Assembly: GCA_963797555.1 (NCBI GenBank)
Contig: CAWCPV010000011.1
Location: 1-64,000, forward strand
Direction: 5' to 3'
Source of the DNA: an uncultured Gammaproteobacteria bacterium
GTDB lineage: Bacteria > Pseudomonadota > Gammaproteobacteria > CAWCPV01
DNA: 64,000 nt
Positions 23,035 to 33,555 of this stretch are shown here, in pieces. The notes under the pieces were generated by a model. It made no database searches. It worked only from the letters and a program-made list of their open reading frames with translations, and was not told where the DNA came from. The number at the start of each line of letters is the position of its first letter. Position 1 is the stretch's first letter. A program made the translations under genes and the position numbers.

Positions 23035-23483
23035 CACGGTTCCCGTCAAAGTCCGTTGGTGGGGGCGGTTGGGTGGCGGCCGGGGAGGGATCCCTGCCAC
23101 ACGGGTTTCGGGATGCAAGGGGGGAGATGAGCACGTGTTTCGGCCGGCCATGAGCAGCATAATGCCCGTTGCGGCGGGAAAACCCAGCGCCGGCGAATGG
23201 CCCTCGAAGACCGCCACATAGCGCAGCCGCTTGCGCCTGCTTGCCGAACAGCGAGCGCAGGCGCAGACAGTGATACGAGCGTATCAGCGCATGCCAGGGG
23301 CCCCGCTCTTCGGGCCGGATGGGCCGAACACGCACACACGGAAACCTCTCGTATTGCCGAGACCGCCCTATCGCGAACCTCTGCGGCATGCCCCCGCCGA
23401 TGGGACACTTCGCAGGAAAAATCCAGTCTTCAGGAAGCCTTCCGCGGCTTCATGGGGCTACGAGCGGCCGGGACGGAGCCCGG
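23035..23483 (-). mobile_element. Second decayed IS relic with DUF4338 fragments
   Basis: VRVRPIRPEERGPWHALIRSYH...GFSRRNGHYAAHGRPKHVLISPL; imperfect IRs CACGGTTCCCGTC / GACGGAGCCCGG. Confidence 0.6.
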
Positions 23484-23574
23484 GCGGAGCGTGCGGCTCC
23501 GGTCGCGGTATCCCGGAGCGCTCATGGCCGTCTGGTGTGGGCCGGGTGGGAATGCATGCGCCCAAGGGGGCTCC

Positions 23575-24390
23575 ATGAAGCACGCGCTGTGCGACCTGGT
23601 CGATACCGTGGCTGCCTTGGCGAGGGCAGCGGGCGAACGCATCCTGCGAGTCTATGACACCGACTTCGACGTGTCTCAGAAAGAGGATCGCACTCCAGTG
23701 ACGGCCGCCGACCTGGCGGCCCACGCGGTGATCAATGCGGGGTTGGCGCGGCTGACGCCGCAGCTTCCACTCCTCTCCGAGGAGTCCGGAACGGTGCCCT
23801 TCGCCGAACGTGCCTCCTGGACGCGGTACTGGCTGGTCGACCCGCTGGATGGCACACGCGAGTTCATCAAGCGCAACGGGGAGTTCACCGTTAACATCGC
23901 CCTCGTTGATGAAGGCGAGGCCGTTCTGGGCGTGGTCTACGTCCCGGTGACGCGGGTTTGTTACATGGCTTGCCGCGGGGCCGGCGCCTTCAGGCAGGAT
24001 CCCGGGCGAACCCCGCAGCCCATCCACGTTCGCACCTACCGTAGCGGTCGGGTGACAGTCGCCGGCAGTCGCTCCCACGGAGGCGAGGCGCTGCAAGCGT
24101 ACTTGCAGCGGCTGGGCGATTACGAGCTCGTGAGTTTGGGCAGCGCCCTCAAGTCGTGTCTCGTGGCAGAGGGCAAGGCCGATCTCTATCCGCGCTTTGG
24201 GCCCACCTCAGAATGGGACACGGCCGCCGCTCAATGCATCGTGGAGGAGGCGGGCGGCCGCGTGACCGATACACGGATGCAGCGGCTGCGCTACAACGCC
24301 AAGGAGTCGCTGATCAATCCGAGCTTCTTCGTGTTTGGAACGGGAAACAAGGATTGGTCCACATGTCTGCCCGAGGCGGGTGCGGGCTAG
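23575..24390 (+). CDS. cysQ: 3'(2'),5'-bisphosphate nucleotidase
   Basis: PVTAADLAAH, LSEE, WLVDPLDGTREF, SEWDTAAAQ. Confidence 0.95.
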   Translation: MKHALCDLVDTVAALARAAGERILRVYDTDFDVSQKEDRTPVTAADLAAHAVINAGLARLTPQLPLLSEESGTVPFAERASWTRYWLVDPLDGTREFIKRNGEFTVNIALVDEGEAVLGVVYVPVTRVCYMACRGAGAFRQDPGRTPQPIHVRTYRSGRVTVAGSRSHGGEALQAYLQRLGDYELVSLGSALKSCLVAEGKADLYPRFGPTSEWDTAAAQCIVEEAGGRVTDTRMQRLRYNAKESLINPSFFVFGTGNKDWSTCLPEAGAG

Positions 24391-24423
24391 GCTCGGGCGG
24401 CCCGGGAACAGGGGGCCGACGCG

Positions 24424-25686
24424 TTAGTCTGCGGGGGGTCGCAGCCCCGCGATGGGGCCGCTGGAGGGGACGTATTCCCAAGGGGGTACGCCGCACTCCG
24501 TGGGGTCGGCCACGGAGCGGATCTCGATACTCGTCTCGGCGCTGGCCGAAACCTCGTGCATGAGGTCGAGCAGGACGGGCGCCTCGTAGCGCTGTCCGTG
24601 AGGGTCCCTCACCAGTTTCACCCTTGGTCGGAGGCGGTGCTCGGGGTGGACGGCGATCACCACTGCCAGGTCCCCCGTGCTAAGCAGCACCAGGCTGCCG
24701 ACGGGATAAATGCCGACGCACTGGATGAACCCGAGCACCAACTCCTCATCGAAGTCCTTCTTGCGCCAGCCGTACATGTGCTTGAGGGCCTCGTAGGGCG
24801 TAATAGCGGGGTGGTACACGCGGTCGCTGGTAATGGCATCATAGACATCGACGATACCCGCGATGCACCCGAAGAGTCCGATGCGGTCCCCTTTGAGGCT
24901 TCGGGGGTAACCCTTACCGTCGTAACGCTCATGGTGGTTCTGCGCCACTTCGATGGCCTTGGGAGGAATGCCGCGGGTTTTCTCCAGTATCTCGACACCC
25001 GCGTCCACGTGGCCCTTCATCAGATCGAACTCCTCACGCGAAAGGGTGCCGGCCTTGTTGAGAATCTCGGCGGGTATCCGCATCTTGCCGATGTCGTGCA
25101 GCAGGGCGCCTAGACCGAGCAGGTTCAGATCGGCCTCACTGAGCCCCAAGTGGCGGCCGAAGGCCAACGCCAGGATGCACACGTCGATGGAGTGGAAGGT
25201 GGTGTAGTTATCCTTGTCGTTGAGCTGCGTCAGGAAGAGCAGTGCGTCGGGATTGCGCATGATACTGGCGGCCATGTTCGCCACCACCTTCTTGGTCGAC
25301 GCCGAATCTACACTGCGCCCCAGACGCGCGTCCTCCAAGACGTTTCCGATCAAGGCAACGGTGTCTCCGTGAGCGGCGACCGCGGCGTCGATCTCATCTT
25401 CGGCAGCTATCTCGTAGGGGGGCGCGGGAGGCGGGGCGGCCGCCGTTTTCAGCACGGCCGCCTCGAGTTTGGCGTCCAGGTGACCCATGTTCTCGGACCC
25501 CGGCGCGTCCGCTCCCCGCTCCGGGTCGATATAGACGTACTTGCAGCAACGTCTGAGCTCGTCGACTTCCGCCGCTGATGCTATCACGAAGCCTTGCAGC
25601 CGGAAGGGAGTCTCTAGCCAGGGACGATCCAGTCGGCATACGAAAATGCCCGGTTTCAGGTGCCTGACGTCCACAATCTTCTCCAT
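24424..25686 (-). CDS. HD-GYP phosphodiesterase with DUF3391-type N-terminus
   Basis: LDRPWLETPF, HSIDV, LHDIGK, HHERYDGKGYP, DVYDAITSDR. Confidence 0.92.
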   Translation of the reverse strand: MEKIVDVRHLKPGIFVCRLDRPWLETPFRLQGFVIASAAEVDELRRCCKYVYIDPERGADAPGSENMGHLDAKLEAAVLKTAAAPPPAPPYEIAAEDEIDAAVAAHGDTVALIGNVLEDARLGRSVDSASTKKVVANMAASIMRNPDALLFLTQLNDKDNYTTFHSIDVCILALAFGRHLGLSEADLNLLGLGALLHDIGKMRIPAEILNKAGTLSREEFDLMKGHVDAGVEILEKTRGIPPKAIEVAQNHHERYDGKGYPRSLKGDRIGLFGCIAGIVDVYDAITSDRVYHPAITPYEALKHMYGWRKKDFDEELVLGFIQCVGIYPVGSLVLLSTGDLAVVIAVHPEHRLRPRVKLVRDPHGQRYEAPVLLDLMHEVSASAETSIEIRSVADPTECGVPPWEYVPSSGPIAGLRPPAD

Positions 25687-25717
25687 CGCCTGTTTGCCAC
25701 TCCCGACTCGAAAGTCC

Positions 25718-27419
25718 TCAAATCGGGAGTCCACCTCCCGCCTCACGAAGGTCACCCGTAGCGCTCGACGCAGCGGCGGAACGGCCAGGAACGTGCCAGG
25801 GGGAGGCCGCCATCCACTGCCCGAGAGCCTCCGCGCTGACCGGAGGACTGATGTGGTCTCCCTGCGCTTGGTCGCACTCCTGGCCAGCGAGCTTCGCCCA
25901 CACCCGAGCGTCACACACTCCTTCGGCGGTGACCGACATACCCAGGTTGTGCGCCAAAGCGATCGTTGCACGTACGATGACCGTGTCGTTGTCGTTCTGG
26001 ACCATACCCATGACGAAGGACTTGTCGACCTTGATCTCGTGGATTGGGGAGACGTCTCAAGTAAGCGAGTGACGAGTATCCGGTCCCGAAATCATCGATG
26101 GACAGCTGCACCCCAAGTTGACCGAGCCGGGACAGGATCTCGTGCGCCCTCTCTTGGTCCGCCATGAGCGTGCTCTCGGTGATCTCCAGCATCAAGGAAC
26201 CCTGAGTTACCTGGCTCGACGCCAGTAGTCCCGCCAGCATGTCCGGCAGTTCCGGGTCCAACAGGACCTTTGCCGAGACGTTGACCGCGACCTGTAGGTC
26301 CAGCCCGTCCTGCCGCCACTGCGCGCATTGTTGCAGGGCCTGGCTCAAGACCCAGCGCGTCAAGGGTCGGATGAGGCCGGTGCGTTCGGCCAAGGGGATA
26401 AACTCGTCGGGGGGCAGCAGCCCATGGTCGGGATGCGGCCAGCGCACCAGCGCCTCGGCGCCCGTGAGCGTGCTGCTCGCCATGTCTACCTTGGGCTGGT
26501 AGTAGACGACGAGCTGTCCGCCATCAATGGCCTTACGCAGTTCGCCGGCCAGTGTCAGGCGGTGCGGGCTGTACTGGTCATGTTTCGGGGAGTAGGTGGC
26601 TACGGAGAAACCGCTGGTCTGTTTCGCTGCGTACATGGCGACATCGGCCTTCTGCAATAGGGCGTCTGCATCATCCCCGTGGTCTGGGTAGAGGGCGATC
26701 CCGATGCTGGCCAGGAGGTCGACGTTCAGTTTCTCGAGGGCGAAGGACGGCTCCAGCGCCTTGAACAGCTTCTCTGCCACGGTACGAGCGTCTGCTGCAC
26801 TGCGGATGTGGGGAAGCAGCACTGCGAACTGATCTCCCCCGAGACGCGCGACGGTGTCCGGCTCCCGGACGCCACCCCGCAGCCGACCAGCGACCCGTTT
26901 CAGCAGCAGGTCCCCACTGAAGTGGCCGAGCGTGTTGTTGATCTCCTTGAAGCCGTCGATATCCAGCACCAGCAGCGCGGCTCGCGCCCGCTCCCGGCGC
27001 GCGACGACAATGGCCTGGTGAAGTCGGTCATGTAGCAGAATGCGATTGGGCAGCTCGGTGAGCCGGTCGTGGGTGGACCCGTGCAGGGCCTGCAGCTCGA
27101 GGGCGGCGGTCTGGGCGCGGAGCTCGCTGGTCTGATCGACTACCATGGCTCCGGCCTCGTACGCCATGATCGAGCTCATCACCTGACCCCACACGGCAAA
27201 GACGAAGGGAGTCAAATCGAGTGCCCAGAGGGCGAAGTTGCTGCGCTGCGCCGCCATCATCCCATGCAGGCTAAAGCTTCCCGTTTCGAACAGCGCCACC
27301 AGCAGAGTGGCAACGACGATCGCGCCGCAGGCGATCAGCACGCCGACCACGGCGTACCCACTCGCCCTGGCCCGAAGCAGCCGGACGTTCTCCGCCAAGA
27401 TCTGGTTCGTGGGACGCAT
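25718..27419 (-). CDS. Membrane GGDEF-EAL protein; +1 frameshift near 26044
   Basis: HDRLTELPNR, GGDQF (degenerate GGDEF), YQPK, EAL, EITE, DDFGTGYSSL, then IKVDKSF/AEGV in the next frame. Confidence 0.9.
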
Positions 27420-27845
27420 GGCTGGGCGGCTAGGGGTGGAGCCCACTGGCGTCACGCTGGATGGAGCGCCGCCGAAGACGTAGCCGCTGCGGACATCGCT
27501 GCCTGGGGCCCGCGCCCGTTGCATTGTTAGCCAAGGCTTGAAGTGTCCCTCCCAATACAGCGGCCCGACCTCAATTCCCTCCACTCGCACGGCTCGGCCC
27601 GTGAGGATCTCCGAGCGCGCGCTGCTCTACCTTCCGGCTCGGAACGGCGCGCGGGAAGCGGGCGTTCACTTGCGTGCACATGCCGCCGATCGGGAGCGGG
27701 CCACGGCCGGTGGCGGTGTCGACGTCCCTCCCGTCCCTCGGTCCGAGCCTAAGTATAGCCTCAGCGCACAGCCTGCATAGCCCTGCTCCCTGTCGCCGTC
27801 ACCCTTTCGCCGAGCTACAGGTTGCCGGTTGCCCCGCGGGGGCCA

Positions 27846-27957
27846 GAGCTTGGGAAGAAATCGTCGCGGGCGGCCCAGCAACAGGGCGCACGGAGCGCAG
27901 CGATGAAGTGCATCAAGTCTATAGGCGAGCGGCACACAGCTGATTTCTTCCCAAGTC
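27846..27957. mobile_element. MITE, internally deleted 112-bp copy
   Basis: GAGCTTGGGAAGAAATC...GATTTCTTCCCAAGTC followed by TCA. Confidence 0.75.
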
Positions 27958-28240
27958 TCAGTTCGGGAGGTCGTGCCTTCCTCTCCACGCCGTTCGCAAG
28001 GGCCGGATCGGCGTGAGGACCCCTCCGGTTCCTGCGGTAGCGGCTGCCAATCTCGGCTTCTGTGAATTGACCCGCGGTCCCATCGGGCATTAGACTCCGC
28101 TGAGTCGGCGCTCGATCACGCTGACGTGCGCGCCTTTACCTGTGCGCTCGTCCTTTGCATCAGGGCTCTGCACGAGTAGGGTGCTGTGGTGGGTGCCGGG
28201 TCCAGTCGGGTGAACGGCCGGTTCGGATTAGGGGGGCATC

Positions 28241-28609
28241 ATGGAGGTTTCCATCCTTTTCGGCAGATTCCTGGTGCGTCAAGGTCTACTCACCGAGCGC
28301 GATCTGGCAGAGTCGGTGAACGTTCAGTCGGAGTTGAACCACAACTATCCAGCGACCGTCCTCGGTGACGAAATGATCACCCTCGATGAGTTCAGGAAAT
28401 GTCTGGCGTATCAGCGCCAGAACGGGGTGACCTTCCGGCAGGCCCTGTTGGCCCTGAATGTAGCCAATGGCGACAGCATCAGAGCCATGGACGAAGCGAT
28501 CCGTAAGAGCCGCATCAAGCTCGGCGAGATCCTCGTCAAGAGGGGGCACCTGACGGAAGACGATCTCGAGAAGGCGCTCCAGCGGTTCGGCGAAAACGCT
28601 CACCGCTGA
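28241..28609 (+). CDS. Small protein with MshEN-like (c-di-GMP-binding type) motifs
   Basis: LFGRFLVRQGLLTERDLAESVNVQ and KLGEILVKRGHLTEDDLEKAL resemble RLGxxLxxxGxxxxxxLxxxLxxQ. Confidence 0.7.
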   Translation: MEVSILFGRFLVRQGLLTERDLAESVNVQSELNHNYPATVLGDEMITLDEFRKCLAYQRQNGVTFRQALLALNVANGDSIRAMDEAIRKSRIKLGEILVKRGHLTEDDLEKALQRFGENAHR

Positions 28610-28806
28610 GACCCGGCCCAAAGTGGCTGGAGGGTGCACCCCGTGGCAGCCGCACTACCTGCCGTGCCCCGCCTTCGGGGGAACAGGTGGTATTACCCAT
28701 GGCGTTATACACATCTCCCCGTAGCTAGGGCTGCTGCCCCTCTGGACACAGCCCCCGGAAGCTGATTCAATGCCCCCATCGTTCACCAGGTGACGAGGGG
28801 GAGCAG

Positions 28807-29680
28807 ATGGAGAAGGGGTTGCCGAGGTGGTTGGGTGGGCGCGTGCTGAGCGCGGGGGAGCTTGAGAGCATACGGCGGGAGGCTCGGCTGGCGGAGCCCC
28901 GAGTGCGAGCCGAGGTGGCGCGGCGGGTGTGTCGGGTGCTGGGGTGGACCGATGCAGCCGGTAGGCCCAAGCTGATGAGCTGTCGAGTCGGGCTGCTGCG
29001 GCTGCATCGGGCAGGCTGGATTCGAGCTGCCGGCGCCGCGCAACGGTAACGGCAATGGGAAGGGGCTGTCGCGCGAGCCGCAAGATTGGCCCGCTGAGGT
29101 ACCGGTGGTGGGCGCAGTGCGGGATTTGCAGGGTCTGCACTTGGCGCCGGTTGCTGACCCGGCGGACTCGGCGCTGTGGAATGGGCTCATCGACCGGTAC
29201 CATTATTTGGGCTACCGGCCGCTGCCCGGTGCCCAGCTGCGCTATCTGATTCGCTGGGACGCGGGTGTGGTGGGGGCCATGGGCTTCGGGGCCGCGGCCT
29301 GGAAGGTGGGCGTGCGCGACCGCTGGATTGGCTGGGATGCGCCAAGCCGTGCGCAGCACCTGGGGCAGGTGCTGAACCATGCGCGGTTTCTCATTCTGCC
29401 GTGGGTGCGGGTGGCGAACCTGGCCTCCAAGGTCCTCGGGCGGGCCGCGCGGCAGGTGCCGGGCGAGTTCGAAGAGCGCTACGGGGTACGCCCGGTGCTG
29501 CTGGAGACCTTTGTCGAGGCCGGCCGGTTCGCGGGCACCTGCTACCGGGCGGCCAACTGGCATCATCTGGGGCAGACCACCGGGCGGGGCAAGCTCGACC
29601 GTGAGGCGCTGCCCATCAAGGATGTCTATGTGTATCCGCTCGATGGCCGCTTTCGCCGGGCGCTCGGGGGAGCCGCATGA
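28807..29680 (+). CDS. DUF4338 (Druantia DruA-like) protein; +1 frameshift near 29023
   Basis: WNGLIDRYHYLGYRPLPGAQLRY, RDRWIGW, RFLILPWV, NLASKVL, LLETFVE, GTCYRAANW. Confidence 0.85.
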
Positions 29681-31011
29681 ATGCCCTGGCCGAGGAGCTG
29701 GCCGCCATCGACTTGGGTGATGCGCGCCTCAACCGCCGGGCGCGACGCACCCTGGAGAAGCTGGGAGCCCATCCCATGCAGAGCATTCCCACCGCCTGTG
29801 GCGGCTGGGCCGAGACCTTGGCGGCTTATCGGCTGTTCGACCATCCCCAGGTCACCGCCCAGGCGGTGCTCGAGCCCCATTACGCCTGCACCGAGCAGCG
29901 TATGCGCGAATACTCGGTGGTGCTGTGCATCCAAGACACCACGGAAGGGGACTATAGCGGCAAGAACGACATCGTCGGGCTGGGCCCGCTCAACTACGAG
30001 ACCCGCCGTGGATTGTACCTGCACCCCACCCTCGCCGTGACCCCCGAGCGGGTGCCCTTGGGGCTATTGGATTGATGGAGCTGGACCCGCGAGGCGGGCA
30101 GTCTGGGCAAGGAGCAGGGCCGCCGGCCCATCGAGGAAAAAGAGAGCCTGCGCTGGCTGGAGGGTTATCGACGCGTCTCGGAGCTCATCGAGTCCCTGCC
30201 CGAGACCCAGTTGGTCTATGTCGCCGACCGCGAGGCCGACATCTACGAGGTGCTCGCGGAACGCGCCGCCACGCAGCCCTGCGCCGAGTGGCTCATCCGC
30301 GCCGAGCGCGCCCGGCTCGCAAGCGCGCCGGTGCTGGCCGAGGCCGAATTCGACCTGCCCGCCACCGCTAGGCGTCCGGCGCGGCGCATCCACCAGCAAC
30401 TGCGCGTCGCACGCCTCACTTTCAAGGCCCCGCATCGCTCGGACCGCACCCTGGCGGACATCGAGGTGAGCGCCGTGCTGGCCCGCGAGGTGGACCCGCC
30501 CCAGGGCGAGGAGCCCATCGAGTGGCTGCTCCTCACCAGCCTCCCCGTCGAGACCGCCGAGCAGGCCCTGGAGAAGCTGCAGTGGTACCTCTGCCGGTGG
30601 CAAATCGAGGTGTTCTTCAAGATCCTCAAAAGCGGCTGCCGCATCGAGAAGCTGCAGCTCGAGACCCTCGAACGCCTGGAGCCCGCGCTCGCCTTCTACC
30701 TCATCATCGCCTGGCGGGTGCTCTACCTCACCCTGCTCGGGCGCGACTGCCCGCAGATGCCCTGCAACGTGGTGTTCGCCGAGGAGGAATGGCGCGCGGT
30801 GTATATCGTCACCAAGCGCCAGCCCCCGCCTGAGACACCCCCCTCGCTCGATGCGATGGTGCGTATGGTGGCGAGCTTCGGCGGCTTCCTCAATCGCAAG
30901 GGCGACGGCTTCCCGGGTCCGCAAAGCCTGTGGATCGGGCTGCAGCGAACCCGCGACTTCGTGCTCGCCATGGACGCACAACGGGCCTCACAGAGCCCGA
31001 GATGTGTATAA
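29677..31011 (+). pseudogene. IS4/IS50-group transposase with an in-frame TGA at 30073
   Basis: LGDARLNRR, IQDTTE, YVADREADIYE, YREK signature YLCRWQIEVFFKILK. Confidence 0.9.
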
Positions 31012-31184
31012 CGACATGGGTATTACCTCCACACCGACACACGGTCGGGATATCCTGACCGACGCTCGTGCAAGCTCGCCAGTCAGGAAATTGCCGCACG
31101 AGTTTCTTGCAGTGGCCCGTTGATCGATGGATGTCGGTCGGGCTTGCGTGCCCGATTTACAGGACTGGCGGAGTTCGGTATTCC

Positions 31185-31400
31185 GCCCGGCACCTGCACT
31201 TCACCCCCACCTCTTCGTCCTGGATGAATCGGGCCGAGCGGTTCTTCAGCGACCTGGGCGATTTTCTCGCCGAAGGCAGCCTAGCTCCGTCAATGCGCTC
31301 GCTGAGGCCATCGTCGCCTTCCTCGCTGAGCGCAAACGCCCACCCCAAGCGCTAGTATCTGGAACGCCAGGGGCGAGGACATCCTGCCCAAGATCGTTCC
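31185..31400 (+). mobile_element. IS630-family transposase C-terminal relic
   Basis: HLHFTPTSSSWMNRAERFFSDL...SVNALAEAIVAFLAE. Confidence 0.7.
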
Positions 31401-31458
31401 CCCGTGGTGGGCCTATAATGTGGCGACCATAGCGAGGCATGTATCACGGGCGGATGCG

Positions 31459-32148
31459 ATGCGCGTGCTGGTGATCGAGGACAATCGGGACCTGGCTGCA
31501 AACCTGTACGATTTCCTGGAAGGGAGCGGCCACACTGTGGATTCGGCAGCGGACGGGATAACGGGTCTGCACCTTGCGCTCGTCAACGATTACGACACCA
31601 TCGTGCTCGACCTCATGCTGCCGGGCATGGATGGGCTCGATGTCTGCCGCAAGCTGCGCGACGACGCCCACAAGGACACACCGGTGCTCATGCTCACGGC
31701 CCGCGACACGGTGGAAGACAAACTGGCCGGCTTCGACAGCGGAGCCGATGACTACGTGGTCAAACCTTTTTCTCTGCGCGAGGTAGAAGCCCGCCTCAAG
31801 GCGCTGACCCGCCGCGGGCACGCAGGTTCGTCCCGGCAGGTGCTGCGCGTTGCGGACCTCAGTTTCGATGTGGGCACCCTGCGTGTGCGCCGCGGCGACC
31901 GCGACATCGATCTGCCTCCGATCCCTCTCAAGATCCTGGAACTGCTCCTACGGAAATCACCCCGCGTGGTGTGGCGCCGGGAGATCGAGCAGACGGTCTG
32001 GGGAGACACCCCTCCCGACAGCGACGCGTTGCGCGCCCACATCCATGTGCTGCGCAGCGCCGTCGACGGACCCAGCCAACAGCCTCTGCTGCGTACCGTC
32101 CGCGGCATCGGCTATCAGCTCGCCGCTCCGGATGCGCTATCGACGTAG
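31459..32148 (+). CDS. OmpR-family response regulator (ColR-like)
   Basis: VLVIEDN, VLDLMLPGMDG, MLTARD, GADDYVVKPF, LRTVRGIGY. Confidence 0.95.
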   Translation: MRVLVIEDNRDLAANLYDFLEGSGHTVDSAADGITGLHLALVNDYDTIVLDLMLPGMDGLDVCRKLRDDAHKDTPVLMLTARDTVEDKLAGFDSGADDYVVKPFSLREVEARLKALTRRGHAGSSRQVLRVADLSFDVGTLRVRRGDRDIDLPPIPLKILELLLRKSPRVVWRREIEQTVWGDTPPDSDALRAHIHVLRSAVDGPSQQPLLRTVRGIGYQLAAPDALST

Positions 32149-33511
32149 TCTGCGCCATCGTGTGGTGCTCGCCTTCGCCCTGTTTGGCGGCGCGGTGAGC
32201 CTGATGCTAGCGTTCGGCCTGTACGTCTCCACCATGGATCTGGAGAAGCGGCTGGTGGACGAGGCCCTGGCCGCGGATCTCGACGACTACCTGGCGCAAC
32301 TGCGTGACGATCCGCATTCCCCGCCGCCGGCGTCCTCGAGGCTGAGGGTATACGTACGGGCTGCGGACGAGCGCGGCGGCGATATCCCGACCGGGGTGCG
32401 CGGGCTTGGCCCCGGTCGCTACCAGATGGTGTTGGGAGACTTGCCTTATCGGGTACAGGTGGCCGACCGGGACGGCAAACGCTTTTATTTCTTGTTCAAC
32501 GAAAGCCAGCTGGTGCGCCGGCGCCACTATGTCCTGGGCTATCTGGCGGGCGGCGTGCTGGTCATGGTGGTGATGTCTGCCGCGGGTGCCCTGTGGCTGG
32601 CGGGTGGTGTCATCTCGCCGGTGACGGAGTTGGCCCAGCGTGTGCGGGGGCTGGGTCCGGAGGGAACCTCGCGCCCGCTGGTCGAAGATTTCCCGGGCGA
32701 TGAGGTGGGTGAGCTGGCGACAGCCTGCGACCGTTACCTGGAGCGGCTGCGCGGCTTCATGGATCGCGAGCGTGCCTTTACCGCTGATGTCAGTCACGAA
32801 CTGCGCACGCCGCTCGCGGTCATCAACGGCGCGGTCGAGGTCCTGCTCGCGGACGATAATCTCTGCGAGCGGACTCGCAACCGCATCTCGAGGATCGAGC
32901 GCGCGGCGCAGGAGATGTCCGAGATCATTTCGGCGCTCTTGGTGCTGGCCCGCGAAGATGCAGCTGGCGCCCCGCCCGCGGCGCCTTGCGCCGTGGAGGC
33001 CCTGCTCCACGAGGCCGTGGACAAGCACCGCTATCTCCTCGCAGGCAAGCCAGTCGAGGTCGCGCTCACGGTCGATGCCTCCGTTTCACTGCCGGTGGCG
33101 CCTACGCTACTCTCCATCGTGCTCGGCAATCTAATCCGCAATGCGTTTTCGTACACCGACCAAGGGCTTATTCGCGTGGGCCTGACAGGCAAAGGAGTGA
33201 CCGTGCAGGATACCGGTTCGGGGATGCGCCAGGAAGACCTGGCGCGTGCTTTCCAGCGCTACCACCGCGGTGCCAATCGCCCGGGCGAAGGTATCGGTCT
33301 GTCCCTGGTCAAACGGATCTGCGACCGCTATGGGTGGGACATCGCGATCCGCAGCGAAGAGGGCAGAGGGACCGCGGTACGTCTCGTGTTTCACCGGACC
33401 GACACGCGAGGTCCGGCCCCCGGTGGGCCAGCCGGGCCGTCTGCTGCCGCTATCTTAACTAAAACTTCACGAAACGATTACACTTCGTTAACGTCGCTGC
33501 CGCTATCCTGA
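32132..33511 (+). CDS. HAMP-containing sensor histidine kinase (ColS-like)
   Basis: Two TM segments, DVSHELRTPL, NLIRNA, DTGSG, GIGLSLV. Confidence 0.93.
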   Translation: MRYRRSLRHRVVLAFALFGGAVSLMLAFGLYVSTMDLEKRLVDEALAADLDDYLAQLRDDPHSPPPASSRLRVYVRAADERGGDIPTGVRGLGPGRYQMVLGDLPYRVQVADRDGKRFYFLFNESQLVRRRHYVLGYLAGGVLVMVVMSAAGALWLAGGVISPVTELAQRVRGLGPEGTSRPLVEDFPGDEVGELATACDRYLERLRGFMDRERAFTADVSHELRTPLAVINGAVEVLLADDNLCERTRNRISRIERAAQEMSEIISALLVLAREDAAGAPPAAPCAVEALLHEAVDKHRYLLAGKPVEVALTVDASVSLPVAPTLLSIVLGNLIRNAFSYTDQGLIRVGLTGKGVTVQDTGSGMRQEDLARAFQRYHRGANRPGEGIGLSLVKRICDRYGWDIAIRSEEGRGTAVRLVFHRTDTRGPAPGGPAGPSAAAILTKTSRNDYTSLTSLPLS

Positions 33512-33555
33512 CGAGCGCTCGGTTCCCCTTGCGCCCGCCCGGAGTAGCGACGCTG

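Larger units (their letters stand above)
28698..31018 (+). mobile_element. IS4-family (IS50/Tn5-like) element carrying a passenger gene
   Basis: 19-bp IRs CATGGCGTTATACACATCT / AGATGTGTATAACGACATG; 9-bp direct repeat GGTATTACC at 28689-28697 and 31019-31027. Confidence 0.92.

Noticed and set aside
28807-29680. Druantia anti-phage system
   Set aside because: Only a DruA-like domain inside IS ends; no DruE helicase or other dru genes in the window
30073-30075. TGA as selenocysteine or programmed readthrough in the transposase
   Set aside because: No SECIS-like support, and the element has other lesions, so simple decay is more likely
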